The position numbers and the translations under genes are program-made. Positions 18,173 through 26,117 of a stretch of 33,358 bases of DNA are shown one piece after another (position 1 is the stretch's first letter; each line of letters begins with the position of its first letter). The notes beneath the pieces were generated by a model. The model was not told the origin of the DNA, did not search any database, and was given only the letters and a program-made list of their open reading frames with translations. Source of the DNA: a virus (lineage: Duplodnaviria > Caudoviricetes); the IMG/VR virus record IMGVR_UViG_3300023197_000048, positions 1 to 33,358 of that record; one strand, given 5' to 3'.

Positions 18173-18515
18173 TACCAGCTACCAGTGTGAGAGGTGTGAG
18201 GAGCAGAGCACAGACCAGATGCTCAGGACAGGCAAAGATGGGCAGAGGCTCTGCAGAGACTGTTATAACCAGGGTCCTGACAAAGATCTGGGCATCATAG
18301 ATGACTGGCAGTATAGAGATGGTGAGCATCCACAGGTAGCGCTCCAGACCGAGGAGGGGCATGAGCATAGCCTGGGCGTTTCTGGCAAAGACCATGCTGA
18401 GAGATTAGGTGATGCCTACAGTGGTATGATGCTGGTAGACCGAGGTGACAGTATAGACACAGAGGGGACAAGCACCTCTCCAGGTGATAGGGTCAGAGAG
18501 GCATTTAACAGATGA
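18162..18515 (+). CDS. Zinc-finger protein, paralog A
   Basis: CERC...LCRDCYNQ..DKDLGIIDDWQY...VDRGD. Confidence 0.75.
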   Translation: MPDSTSYQCERCEEQSTDQMLRTGKDGQRLCRDCYNQGPDKDLGIIDDWQYRDGEHPQVALQTEEGHEHSLGVSGKDHAERLGDAYSGMMLVDRGDSIDTEGTSTSPGDRVREAFNR

Positions 18516-18838
18516 CCGATAAAGACAAACACAGGGACAAACCCCTGGAGGAGTACACTCTGGAGGAGATAAACCAGAGGCTCCAGGAGATAGATGCTGA
18601 GGAAAAACACACAGAGCACCAGATGAGTAGGCTACAGGAGATAACTACCCTCCTCAGAGACCTAAAGAAGTATGCTGAGGACCCCACCTTAGAGGCTCAG
18701 CTAACACTAATCCAGGCTGAAATATACCACCTCCAGGAGGAGATAAACCAGAGGCATTATGGTTTCCACACCACCAGGCAGTACCTCAGGCACCGAAAGA
18801 GAGACAAGACAGAGGCACCAGGGGTGGCTGATGACTGA
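18512..18838 (+). CDS. Coiled-coil hypothetical protein
   Basis: Heptad pattern; LEEINQR/QEEINQR repeat; ATGA overlap. Confidence 0.7.
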   Translation: MTDKDKHRDKPLEEYTLEEINQRLQEIDAEEKHTEHQMSRLQEITTLLRDLKKYAEDPTLEAQLTLIQAEIYHLQEEINQRHYGFHTTRQYLRHRKRDKTEAPGVADD

Positions 18839-19196
18839 ATATGATACCTGCAGCAGGTGTAATTCCCCCTTAGGCTCCACCAGAAAACCCACAGATGATG
18901 GGGTGGTATGCTACTCCTGTTATAATCAGGACCGAGATGAGCGCCTGGGTGAGATAAAAGACTGGTACTATATTCCTCCAGAGGGGTGTGAGAGTACCAG
19001 TAAGCACCAGATCCTGCTGGAGACAGACCAGCAGAGAGTAGCCAGAGAGACAGTGGAGGATGAGCAGCAGGCAGTAGAGGTGGGCAGAGTCAGATTAGGG
19101 CACCATATAGTAGACAGAGGTGACCAGTGGCTCATAGGACCACTGAGGAAAGTACAGAGCAGTACAGACATAGATATACAGGAGATAGAGACATGA
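18831..19196 (+). CDS. Zinc-finger protein, paralog B
   Basis: CSRC...VCYSCYNQ..DERLGEIKDWYY...VDRGD. Confidence 0.75.
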   Translation: MTEYDTCSRCNSPLGSTRKPTDDGVVCYSCYNQDRDERLGEIKDWYYIPPEGCESTSKHQILLETDQQRVARETVEDEQQAVEVGRVRLGHHIVDRGDQWLIGPLRKVQSSTDIDIQEIET

Positions 19197-19435
19197 ACCC
19201 ACCACCAGCAGAGCCAGATGAGACCGAGATAAGCAAAGAGCAGCTAAAACGCAAACCGTTTTCAGAGTGGAGCAGTGAGGAGGTAGAGGCTGCTCAGGAC
19301 ATGACACATAACCTACCTGTGAGCATGCTCACGGTGGGCAGGCTCCAGGAGCATGGGCAAAAGAGCATGTCCTGGGATAGGATAGTAAACCAGGTGCTGG
19401 ATAAGGCAGAGGAGGCAGAAAATGAAACGGAATAG
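19193..19435 (+). CDS. Ribbon-helix-helix (CopG-like) regulator
   Basis: NLPVSMLTVGRLQEHGQKSMSWDRIVNQVLD matches the archaeal RHH pattern; ATGA overlap at 19193. Confidence 0.6.
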   Translation: MNPPPAEPDETEISKEQLKRKPFSEWSSEEVEAAQDMTHNLPVSMLTVGRLQEHGQKSMSWDRIVNQVLDKAEEAENETE

Positions 19436-19526
19436 AGAGGAGATGGAGTTTGTAGTAGGGGGTCTGGGCAGTTTTGGCTGGGGCAAAGGCACCCCAGATC
19501 AGGAGGAGGCTGATGAGGATGAGTAA
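19422..19526 (+). CDS. 34-aa microprotein (not in the ORF track)
   Basis: MKRNREEMEFVVGGLGSFGWGKGTPDQEEADEDE; SD GGAGG; overlaps both neighbours. Confidence 0.5.
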   Translation: MKRNREEMEFVVGGLGSFGWGKGTPDQEEADEDE

Positions 19527-19809
19527 GGAAAAGATATTAAAGAACCTGAGTGGCACCAGAGGTGTGTCTACGGTCTCCAGAGTTCCCACCCTAATGCCTG
19601 CTGAGGCACCAGCAGAGGCAGAGATTATGGTAGAGTACACCGAGGGTGGAGACGGTGCCCAGGTGACTAAGCTACTCATCAGGCTCATGGATGAGATGGA
19701 CCTGACCACTTGTGGTAAAGTGGAGAGAGGACCCAAAACCACCATATATCTGGCTGAGCCAGACTGGTGGCATCTCGGTGAGATAGAGGGGGATGATGAC
19801 GGTGAGTGA
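19519..19809 (+). CDS. Hypothetical protein
   Basis: MSKEKIL... start overlapping the microprotein stop. Confidence 0.65.
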   Translation: MSKEKILKNLSGTRGVSTVSRVPTLMPAEAPAEAEIMVEYTEGGDGAQVTKLLIRLMDEMDLTTCGKVERGPKTTIYLAEPDWWHLGEIEGDDDGE

Positions 19810-20188
19810 GACAGACCAGGACCGTAGCAGAAAAGAGATGCTGGAGGATTTTGAGGATATAGTGGAGCAGGAGAAAAACCTGGCTATAAACCATCTGGTC
19901 CTGGCTAACCCAGACCTGACCGAGGAGCAGATAGAGGAGGAGATGGGCAGCCATGATACTGCCACAGTGGAGGTAGACATGCCTACCCTCTCCACCATCC
20001 TCCATGTCTTTGAGATGAACGTAAAGGCTGCTGATGAGCCAGGGCAGACTCTAATAGCCTGCCATGGATTTAGCCAGTTAATGGAGAGTCTGACCGAGGA
20101 TGAGCTAACCACCCTTACAGAGCAGGTGGATGAGCACCATCCTCTGGAGCAGGAGGAGGACCAGGAAAATGGAGGCATGTATAGATGA
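19793..20188 (+). CDS. Hypothetical protein
   Basis: Acidic and overlap-coupled. Confidence 0.7.
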   Translation: MMTVSETDQDRSRKEMLEDFEDIVEQEKNLAINHLVLANPDLTEEQIEEEMGSHDTATVEVDMPTLSTILHVFEMNVKAADEPGQTLIACHGFSQLMESLTEDELTTLTEQVDEHHPLEQEEDQENGGMYR

Positions 20189-20391
20189 CAAGACTCTACA
20201 AATGTGACCTTAACCTCAGTGATGACTGCCTGAAGGTGGTAGAGGAACGTCACCAGGTACTACTCATGGACATAAATGAGACAGACCTGGATGACAGGCT
20301 ACATGCCTGCCCAAAATGCCTGCCTGACCACATCAGCAGCCAGTTAGACCTACAGAGCAGGGGCTTACAGGGGCTGGATGAGGATGAGTGA
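20185..20391 (+). CDS. Zinc-finger microprotein
   Basis: YKCD...DDC...HACPKC. Confidence 0.65.
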   Translation: MTRLYKCDLNLSDDCLKVVEERHQVLLMDINETDLDDRLHACPKCLPDHISSQLDLQSRGLQGLDEDE

Positions 20392-20578
20392 CGAAAATGG
20401 AAACGGTACACCGAGGAGAGAGGTAGCTGTAGACATATCAAACCCTCATGTCAGGGTCAGAGATGATGATGCCAGTCTGGAGGAGATAGTAGAGACCACC
20501 ACAGACCTACTGGAGGAGGTAGAGGCAGCACATGAGAGGCAGAAAATAGACACAGATTCAGGAGAGTCATACAGATGA
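20384..20578 (+). CDS. Hypothetical protein
   Basis: MSDENG...; overlap-coupled. Confidence 0.6.
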   Translation: MSDENGNGTPRREVAVDISNPHVRVRDDDASLEEIVETTTDLLEEVEAAHERQKIDTDSGESYR

Positions 20579-21318
20579 GTACACTAAGCCAGACCCAGAG
20601 GCTCCAGAAACTGCCTGAGCCAGAGAGTACAGAGGTACAGGGTACAGTCACGGATAAAGTAGCAGCCTGCCTGGTCTCATATCCACACACCAGGCAGCAT
20701 GATGATTTACTCTGTGTCTACTATCATCTACTCTATGATGACTGGCAGTATAGGACAGAAACACCTAACCACCTCATCCTCAGGATACCTGATGAGGCAG
20801 TAGACTCAGCCACCAGTGCCTCCTCTATCCTCAGGAGCAGGAGAGAAATACAGGACAGGCTACCTGAGCCAGAGCACCCTCTGGAGGACCAGATAGATAC
20901 ACACTGGCACCAGAGAGAGTGGCAGCAGCACCTGATAAAAAGAGAGAGTAAAATAGCATCAGAGTGGTATGGTCAGGGTGGCTACCCCCTCCTCGGTGAG
21001 AGAGAGACTAAGGACCAGGTGGCATGGCTCCTGTCTAACCACCCAGAAACCAGAGACAGTGATAACAGACTCATCTGGAGGTGGAGGAGGCTCTTTGCAG
21101 GGTGGCTTAACCGAGGAGATAGGTCAGTCTACTCTGTACCTAAGGGGTGGCTCTGGCAGGAAACCACACCAGCCTCCATAACCAGGACCAGGAGGAGGCT
21201 CCAGGAGAAAGGTCTGTTTACTGCCTCAGAGACAGTACAGCAGGCACGGAAAGACAAAGAGGAGGCAGTCAGACAGGCATACAGAGCAGGTAACTCTCCA
21301 GACTGGGGTGAGCTATAG
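20575..21318 (+). CDS. Putative DNA-binding protein with an internal domain duplication
   Basis: DKVAACLVSYPHTRQHDDLL...SSILRSRREIQ and DQVAWLLSNHPETRDSDNRL...ASITRTRRRLQ. Confidence 0.7.
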   Translation: MSTLSQTQRLQKLPEPESTEVQGTVTDKVAACLVSYPHTRQHDDLLCVYYHLLYDDWQYRTETPNHLILRIPDEAVDSATSASSILRSRREIQDRLPEPEHPLEDQIDTHWHQREWQQHLIKRESKIASEWYGQGGYPLLGERETKDQVAWLLSNHPETRDSDNRLIWRWRRLFAGWLNRGDRSVYSVPKGWLWQETTPASITRTRRRLQEKGLFTASETVQQARKDKEEAVRQAYRAGNSPDWGEL

Positions 21319-21687
21319 ATGACTGAGTTACCCTTTAGCTACCTCTATCCCAAACTGATGCATCCAGTATTCCCCACCCTCAGGAGATATGACCGTTTTG
21401 GCTCAGTGGGTGATGTAGTGAGGGTGAGGGTAAAGCCACTGGAGTATACTGCTGAGGCAGAGGTACTGGCAAAATCTAAGAGGACCTGGGCAGACATGGG
21501 TGAGCACTTTGTCACCTATGATACTGCCACAGATACCAGAGAGGGGGCAGAGGACCACATAAACCAGTGGTACCGTAACCCCATCAAAGATACCGAGGAC
21601 CTGACCCTATACACACTCAAATGGATGGACCACCAGAGAGTGATTAAACACCTCACAGAGGAGGCATCAGTAAATGTCACCCCATGA
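21319..21687 (+). CDS. ASCH/PUA-like domain protein
   Basis: LPF...FPTLRR...VGDVVRV pattern of the ASCH fold. Confidence 0.55.
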   Translation: MTELPFSYLYPKLMHPVFPTLRRYDRFGSVGDVVRVRVKPLEYTAEAEVLAKSKRTWADMGEHFVTYDTATDTREGAEDHINQWYRNPIKDTEDLTLYTLKWMDHQRVIKHLTEEASVNVTP

Positions 21688-22207
21688 GGTGATAGGGGCA
21701 TACCTGACCACCGAGGATGACAGGACCCAGACACTACTCCACTCTAAGTATCTGGAGCCTGAGCAGGACCTACCAGAGGACCGAGGTGGCAGAGGCTTAG
21801 ACGTAGAGAGCAGGATAGTGAGCCTGGAGGATCTGGAGGTGGAGGACCACAGACTCTATGATGCCTGGCATTACGGTCTGGATATGTACGTAGAGGTAAA
21901 AAGCTGTAAAGCACAGTACACTAATGGAGCATCTGGCAGGCTCCTGATATACCAGCAGAGGCATCAGGACCGTAAGACCACAGAGGAGCACATCAGGTAT
22001 ATCTTTGCGGTTTACTGCCAGAGCAGGGTGCTATACACCACTCTCACCCTCAGTGATGTGGAGCAGCTACTGGAGGACCATGACCTATCCTGGAGCAGAA
22101 ACGATAACCAGGGTGTAAAGGGACCTAAGGCTAAAATCTCATGGAGGCACTGGCTACCTGAGGAGCACCACCAGACAGTAGAGCAGTGGGGTGATGCCAG
22201 TGCCTAA
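21674..22207 (+). CDS. PD-(D/E)XK restriction-endonuclease-like nuclease
   Basis: LYDAW...YVEVKSC...GRLLI...YIFAVY. Confidence 0.65.
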   Translation: MSPHEVIGAYLTTEDDRTQTLLHSKYLEPEQDLPEDRGGRGLDVESRIVSLEDLEVEDHRLYDAWHYGLDMYVEVKSCKAQYTNGASGRLLIYQQRHQDRKTTEEHIRYIFAVYCQSRVLYTTLTLSDVEQLLEDHDLSWSRNDNQGVKGPKAKISWRHWLPEEHHQTVEQWGDASA

Positions 22208-22415
22208 ACAGATAGGCAAAGACTGCCCCAGGTGCCACAAACCCCTCACAGGACCTAAGTGCAGGCACTGTGGTCTGGATACCCATGAGGCAGATATAGT
22301 CAGGTGCTCTGACTGTGGAGACAGGACCACCAAAGAGGTGGCTAAAGAGGTGAGGACCCAGAAAGACATTAGTGCCAGATGGGTCACAAAATACTACTGC
22401 CAGGGGTGTGCCTGA
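22191..22415 (+). CDS. Double zinc-finger microprotein
   Basis: CPRC, CRHC, CSDC and CQGC motifs. Confidence 0.7.
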   Translation: MMPVPKQIGKDCPRCHKPLTGPKCRHCGLDTHEADIVRCSDCGDRTTKEVAKEVRTQKDISARWVTKYYCQGCA

Positions 22416-22600
22416 TGACTGATGAGCCACTATTCTGCCCTGACTGCCACGATAGGTGTAGCCTGGTCCATGAGGAGGGTGGCACCGAGATATATGGGTG
22501 CTCTAACCAGCATCACCATCCTAAGCAGGACCTACTCACCAGAGAGGAGGCTGTAGAGGGTGGAGACCAGAAAAGCTGGAGAGAGAGGTTAGGGATATGA
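22415..22600 (+). CDS. Zinc-finger microprotein
   Basis: FCPDC...GCSNQH; TGATG overlap. Confidence 0.65.
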   Translation: MTDEPLFCPDCHDRCSLVHEEGGTEIYGCSNQHHHPKQDLLTREEAVEGGDQKSWRERLGI

Positions 22601-23415
22601 CGGAAAAAACAGAGCCTAAGCATGTGGCACTTTTCAGTGGTGGGCATGACTCACTGGTAAATGCCCATTACTGTATGGGGAAAGGGTACACTGACAAGAT
22701 TCTGCATATAGATACAGGTATAGGCATACCAGAGACCCAGGAGTTTGTGAGAGAGGTGTGTGAGCAGTATAACTGGGATTATGAGATAATAGGCTCAGAT
22801 CACAGTTATGAGGAGATGGTATTAGAAAATGGTTTTCCTGGTGCTGGTGCCCATGGAATAACTTACATCAGGCTAAAGGATAGGGCACTACAGGAATACA
22901 GCACCAGAGTGGATGGTAAACCCCATTACTATACAGGCATCAGGCAGTCAGAGTCTGACAGGAGGATGAGGACCACCACCACCGAAAGGGTAGAGGAGGC
23001 TAAGCAGTACTATTGGCACAGTGAGATTATAGACTGGTCAGAGGACCAGGTGAGAGACTATATGGAGGCATCAGAGCTACCACAGTCACCTGTAAAACAG
23101 ACATATCACCACTCTGGAGAGTGTTTATGTGGTGCTTTTGCCAATAGAGAGGAGGAGTTAACTATACTACAGGCACATTACCCAGAGGTGGCTGAGAGGA
23201 TAAGAGACCTGGAGCAGAGGGTACAGAAAAACCACCCAGAGACCCAGAATATAGCCTGGTGGGGTCATAACAACATGCCAGACAAAGAGTTAAGGGCACT
23301 AAAAGCAGAGAGTAGTGAGGAGCAGCAAAGGCTGGAGGAGATAAACCAGAGACTCTGCAGAGACTGTGGGGTTAACCACCAGGATCTGGCTCAGGAGGCT
23401 GATGAGGATGACTAA
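22597..23415 (+). CDS. PAPS-reductase family PP-loop protein (CysH/DndC-like)
   Basis: LFSGGHDS PP-loop, HIDTG, GIRQSESDRR, IIDWS and SGECLCG motifs. Confidence 0.88.
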   Translation: MTEKTEPKHVALFSGGHDSLVNAHYCMGKGYTDKILHIDTGIGIPETQEFVREVCEQYNWDYEIIGSDHSYEEMVLENGFPGAGAHGITYIRLKDRALQEYSTRVDGKPHYYTGIRQSESDRRMRTTTTERVEEAKQYYWHSEIIDWSEDQVRDYMEASELPQSPVKQTYHHSGECLCGAFANREEELTILQAHYPEVAERIRDLEQRVQKNHPETQNIAWWGHNNMPDKELRALKAESSEEQQRLEEINQRLCRDCGVNHQDLAQEADEDD

Positions 23416-23884
23416 GCCACAACTACATAAAGACCTGATAGACCGTGAGCCAGAGGGTGAGTATAGCACCGAGGAGGACCTATGGAGCAGCCAGTACATA
23501 GGACCCATTACAATAGGTGGAGATACAGTATACATAGACCGTGAGGCATTAGACCTGACCGAGGAGCAGGTAGATTATGCCATAGAGCAGGGCTTAGTCA
23601 GATCCATACCTGCTGATGTATACCTCAGGAACAGAGGAAACACACCCATCTCCACCCAGGTAGATTATGACGACATACAGCAGGAGTTAAAGGTAGAGCT
23701 AAAAGCACAGGATACACCTGTTTTATCCCTACCTGAGGCAGTTAGTGCCTGGAGCAGATACACCAGCACCCTGCTCAGAGACCCCTCTAAGGCTAAGAAA
23801 CTGAGAGGGTTAGCTAACCTGGCTCTGGTGGTAGGCATACAGGTCCTGCTCCTCCTCGGTATACTCTGGTGGGTGATAGGATGA
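23408..23884 (+). CDS. Protein with a C-terminal membrane anchor
   Basis: C-terminal LALVVGIQVLLLLGILWWVIG. Confidence 0.65.
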   Translation: MTKPQLHKDLIDREPEGEYSTEEDLWSSQYIGPITIGGDTVYIDREALDLTEEQVDYAIEQGLVRSIPADVYLRNRGNTPISTQVDYDDIQQELKVELKAQDTPVLSLPEAVSAWSRYTSTLLRDPSKAKKLRGLANLALVVGIQVLLLLGILWWVIG

Positions 23885-24159
23885 GTGAGACCATAGAGTG
23901 GACTTACCAGGAGGCTATAAACCATCTCTATGAGGATCTACCTGAGCCAGGCACCTTCTTAGGACCAGATGAGGGTATATATTTCCGACATGGAGAGGAG
24001 GACAGGATAGGCAAAATAAAAGAGCAGTACCCTACCAGTACAGCAGCCTCTCCAGAGGGGGCATTAGTAGTGGTATCAGTTAACTCAGAGCACAGGCTGT
24101 ATACTTATGATGACATAGCCAGGAAAATAGCACAGGGTGACTGGAGGGTGCTGGAGTAG
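23881..24159 (+). CDS. Hypothetical protein
   Basis: ATGA overlap; MSETIEW... Confidence 0.65.
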   Translation: MSETIEWTYQEAINHLYEDLPEPGTFLGPDEGIYFRHGEEDRIGKIKEQYPTSTAASPEGALVVVSVNSEHRLYTYDDIARKIAQGDWRVLE

Positions 24160-24175
24160 GGTGCCCCTTTTAGAG

Positions 24176-24340
24176 CTAACCCTGCTGCTCCTCGGTCTCC
24201 TCCTCTACATCCTCATCAGGCTGTAAACCACTGTCTCTCTGCCTCCTCCAGTACCTCCAGGAGGCTCTAAAGGACCAGGCGACCAGAAAAGCCACCACAC
24301 CCACAATAACGTACAGGGTGATATTTAGAAAATCTGCCAC
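24176..24340 (-). CDS. 54-aa single-pass membrane protein (not in the ORF track)
   Basis: GTG start after SD GAGGT; MADFLNITLYVIVGVVAFLVAWSFRASWRYWRRQRDSGLQPDEDVEEETEEQQG. Confidence 0.7.
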   Translation of the reverse strand: MADFLNITLYVIVGVVAFLVAWSFRASWRYWRRQRDSGLQPDEDVEEETEEQQG

Positions 24341-24349
24341 ACTCTAACC

Positions 24350-24604
24350 TCACCCAAACTCATGGGTAGTAGGACCAAAACCAGCATAAGGTACACCCAG
24401 CCTGCTGATGAGACCGAAAACCAGCAGAGGCACACCCACCACTGGCATCCAGAGCATTATTATACCTATCCCTGACAGTACTGCTGTACTCCTCCTGGCT
24501 ACTTTCTCTGGGTTATTGTCACACTCTGGGCACTGGTCCACATCTACGTAAATCTCCTCACCACACCTCTGGCACTGGTCTGTCTCTCTTTCTGTAGTAC
24601 TCAT
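24350..24604 (-). CDS. Zinc-ribbon membrane protein
   Basis: CQRC...CPEC followed by a hydrophobic hairpin. Confidence 0.75.
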   Translation of the reverse strand: MSTTERETDQCQRCGEEIYVDVDQCPECDNNPEKVARRSTAVLSGIGIIMLWMPVVGVPLLVFGLISRLGVPYAGFGPTTHEFG

Positions 24605-24636
24605 AATCTCATATAATCATTACTGGTATATCAGTT

Positions 24637-25104
24637 TTACTGCTCTGGAGGCTCCACAGAGTACTCCACACCCTCTATATCCAGAAACTGCCTGAGCCTA
24701 CTCACACCATCCTCCACCTCTAACTCCTCTCTCCTCCAGTGTGCCCAGGGGTGGCTCATAGCATCAGGCTCTGTATGCACATCTATCTCCAGCCTCTCAC
24801 CCTCGGTAAAACCTCTAAGATGTAACTGCCTCCATGGGTACTCATACAGACTGCTGTAAAAAGGTCTCCTCATGTTTAGCTGCTCACCATAATAGTGGTA
24901 AGACAGGAGCCACCCAGCATCATAATAGTGCCTACCCATCATCACCCTCAGATCCTCTGGCTCCATATCCTCCTCTATCACCAGGGTGGTCACCGAGGAT
25001 CTGGCTCTGGTGGTCACAAACCTATACCACACATAAAAAACCTCTTTGAGCAGCCAGGAGACCCACCAGGACAGTGCTGAGCAGCTATTACCTCTCTGAG
25101 CCAT
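24637..25104 (-). CDS. Hypothetical protein with conserved-looking His motifs
   Basis: YYGEQLNMRRP, QLHLRGF and VHTEP...HPWAHW; start uncertain. Confidence 0.7.
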   Translation of the reverse strand: MAQRGNSCSALSWWVSWLLKEVFYVWYRFVTTRARSSVTTLVIEEDMEPEDLRVMMGRHYYDAGWLLSYHYYGEQLNMRRPFYSSLYEYPWRQLHLRGFTEGERLEIDVHTEPDAMSHPWAHWRREELEVEDGVSRLRQFLDIEGVEYSVEPPEQ

Positions 25105-25322
25105 GCCTGCCCACCTATAGCACCAGGAGACTCATCAAACTATCCCAGATGGGCTTAGAGGGTATATAAAATATATTTGGTTATTTGATAAATCCAGATA
25201 CCAGAGCACCACCTTTATGATATGAGTCTACGTAAACTGGATTAGGGTCAGGGGCACATCTGTGGTGCTCCAGAGCACTGGTACTGCCTCATAATCAGCA
25301 CCGTTTTTGCCCCAGACCCACC

Positions 25323-25330
25323 TTTTTATA
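25323..25330 (+). promoter_or_regulatory. TATA box for the terminase operon (possibly bidirectional)
   Basis: TTTTTATA about 40 nt upstream of ATG 25371. Confidence 0.55.
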
Positions 25331-25370
25331 CAGCAGAGGTGAGTATACCCATCACTGAGGCACACCATAG

Positions 25371-26117
25371 ATGGGCACGAAAGCAGAAAGACGTAGAAAC
25401 CTGGTGCTAAAATGGTATCACCTGGATAACATCAAGAACATAGAGGAATTGAGAGAGAGGCTGGAGCAGCATGGCTATATGAAGGTATCAGCCTCCACTA
25501 TCCGTAACTACCTCCATTATGATGAGATGGGTGAGGAGACCATGGAAAAGGTCAGAGAGAGACATGCTGATGCCAGGCTCCAAATAGCTGAGAAACTGGA
25601 TAGTAAGCATGACAGAGCCAGAGCATCAGAGGAGCAGGCTACCAGAGATGTACCCATTAAGGCAGTGGTACCAGCCACCACTAAGGCAGATGGTAGACGT
25701 AACCAGGTGACTGTACCCTATGGCTGGGAAAGGATAGAGCCAGGTGAGTCAGATTACCCAAGCTGGGCAGAGGACCGAGATACACCCATCAGGATACTGC
25801 CAGAGGAGGAGACCAGAGTAGAGGGTGGTGAGCACTACCCAGTGACAGATCCATTTAACCAGCCTAAGTACACCACCCAGATGGTAGGTATAGAGAGAGA
25901 TGTAGAGGACCATAAGAGCAGGAGTTTTCTGAGGCAGGAGCAGACAGACCACCTGGAGACTAAAGCAGATGTGCTGGGTGTGACCGAGGACAAGATAGAG
26001 TTAGGTGGCTCTGTCTCTATAGAGCATGATATAGATGTGCCTGATGAGATAGTGGAGGCTATACAGCAGGCTGCTGAGCACAGACTGGCTAACCCAGAGG
26101 AGGGTGAGGATGACTGA
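25371..26117 (+). CDS. terS: Terminase small subunit
   Basis: N-terminal HTH (VSASTIRNYL); EDKIELGGSV C-terminus; directly upstream of TerL. Confidence 0.7.
   Translation: MGTKAERRRNLVLKWYHLDNIKNIEELRERLEQHGYMKVSASTIRNYLHYDEMGEETMEKVRERHADARLQIAEKLDSKHDRARASEEQATRDVPIKAVVPATTKADGRRNQVTVPYGWERIEPGESDYPSWAEDRDTPIRILPEEETRVEGGEHYPVTDPFNQPKYTTQMVGIERDVEDHKSRSFLRQEQTDHLETKADVLGVTEDKIELGGSVSIEHDIDVPDEIVEAIQQAAEHRLANPEEGEDD

Noticed and set aside
22597-23415. Auxiliary sulfur-metabolism gene cysH
   Set aside because: It lacks the C-terminal ECGLH motif of true CysH and any sulfate-pathway context, so the symbol was withheld.
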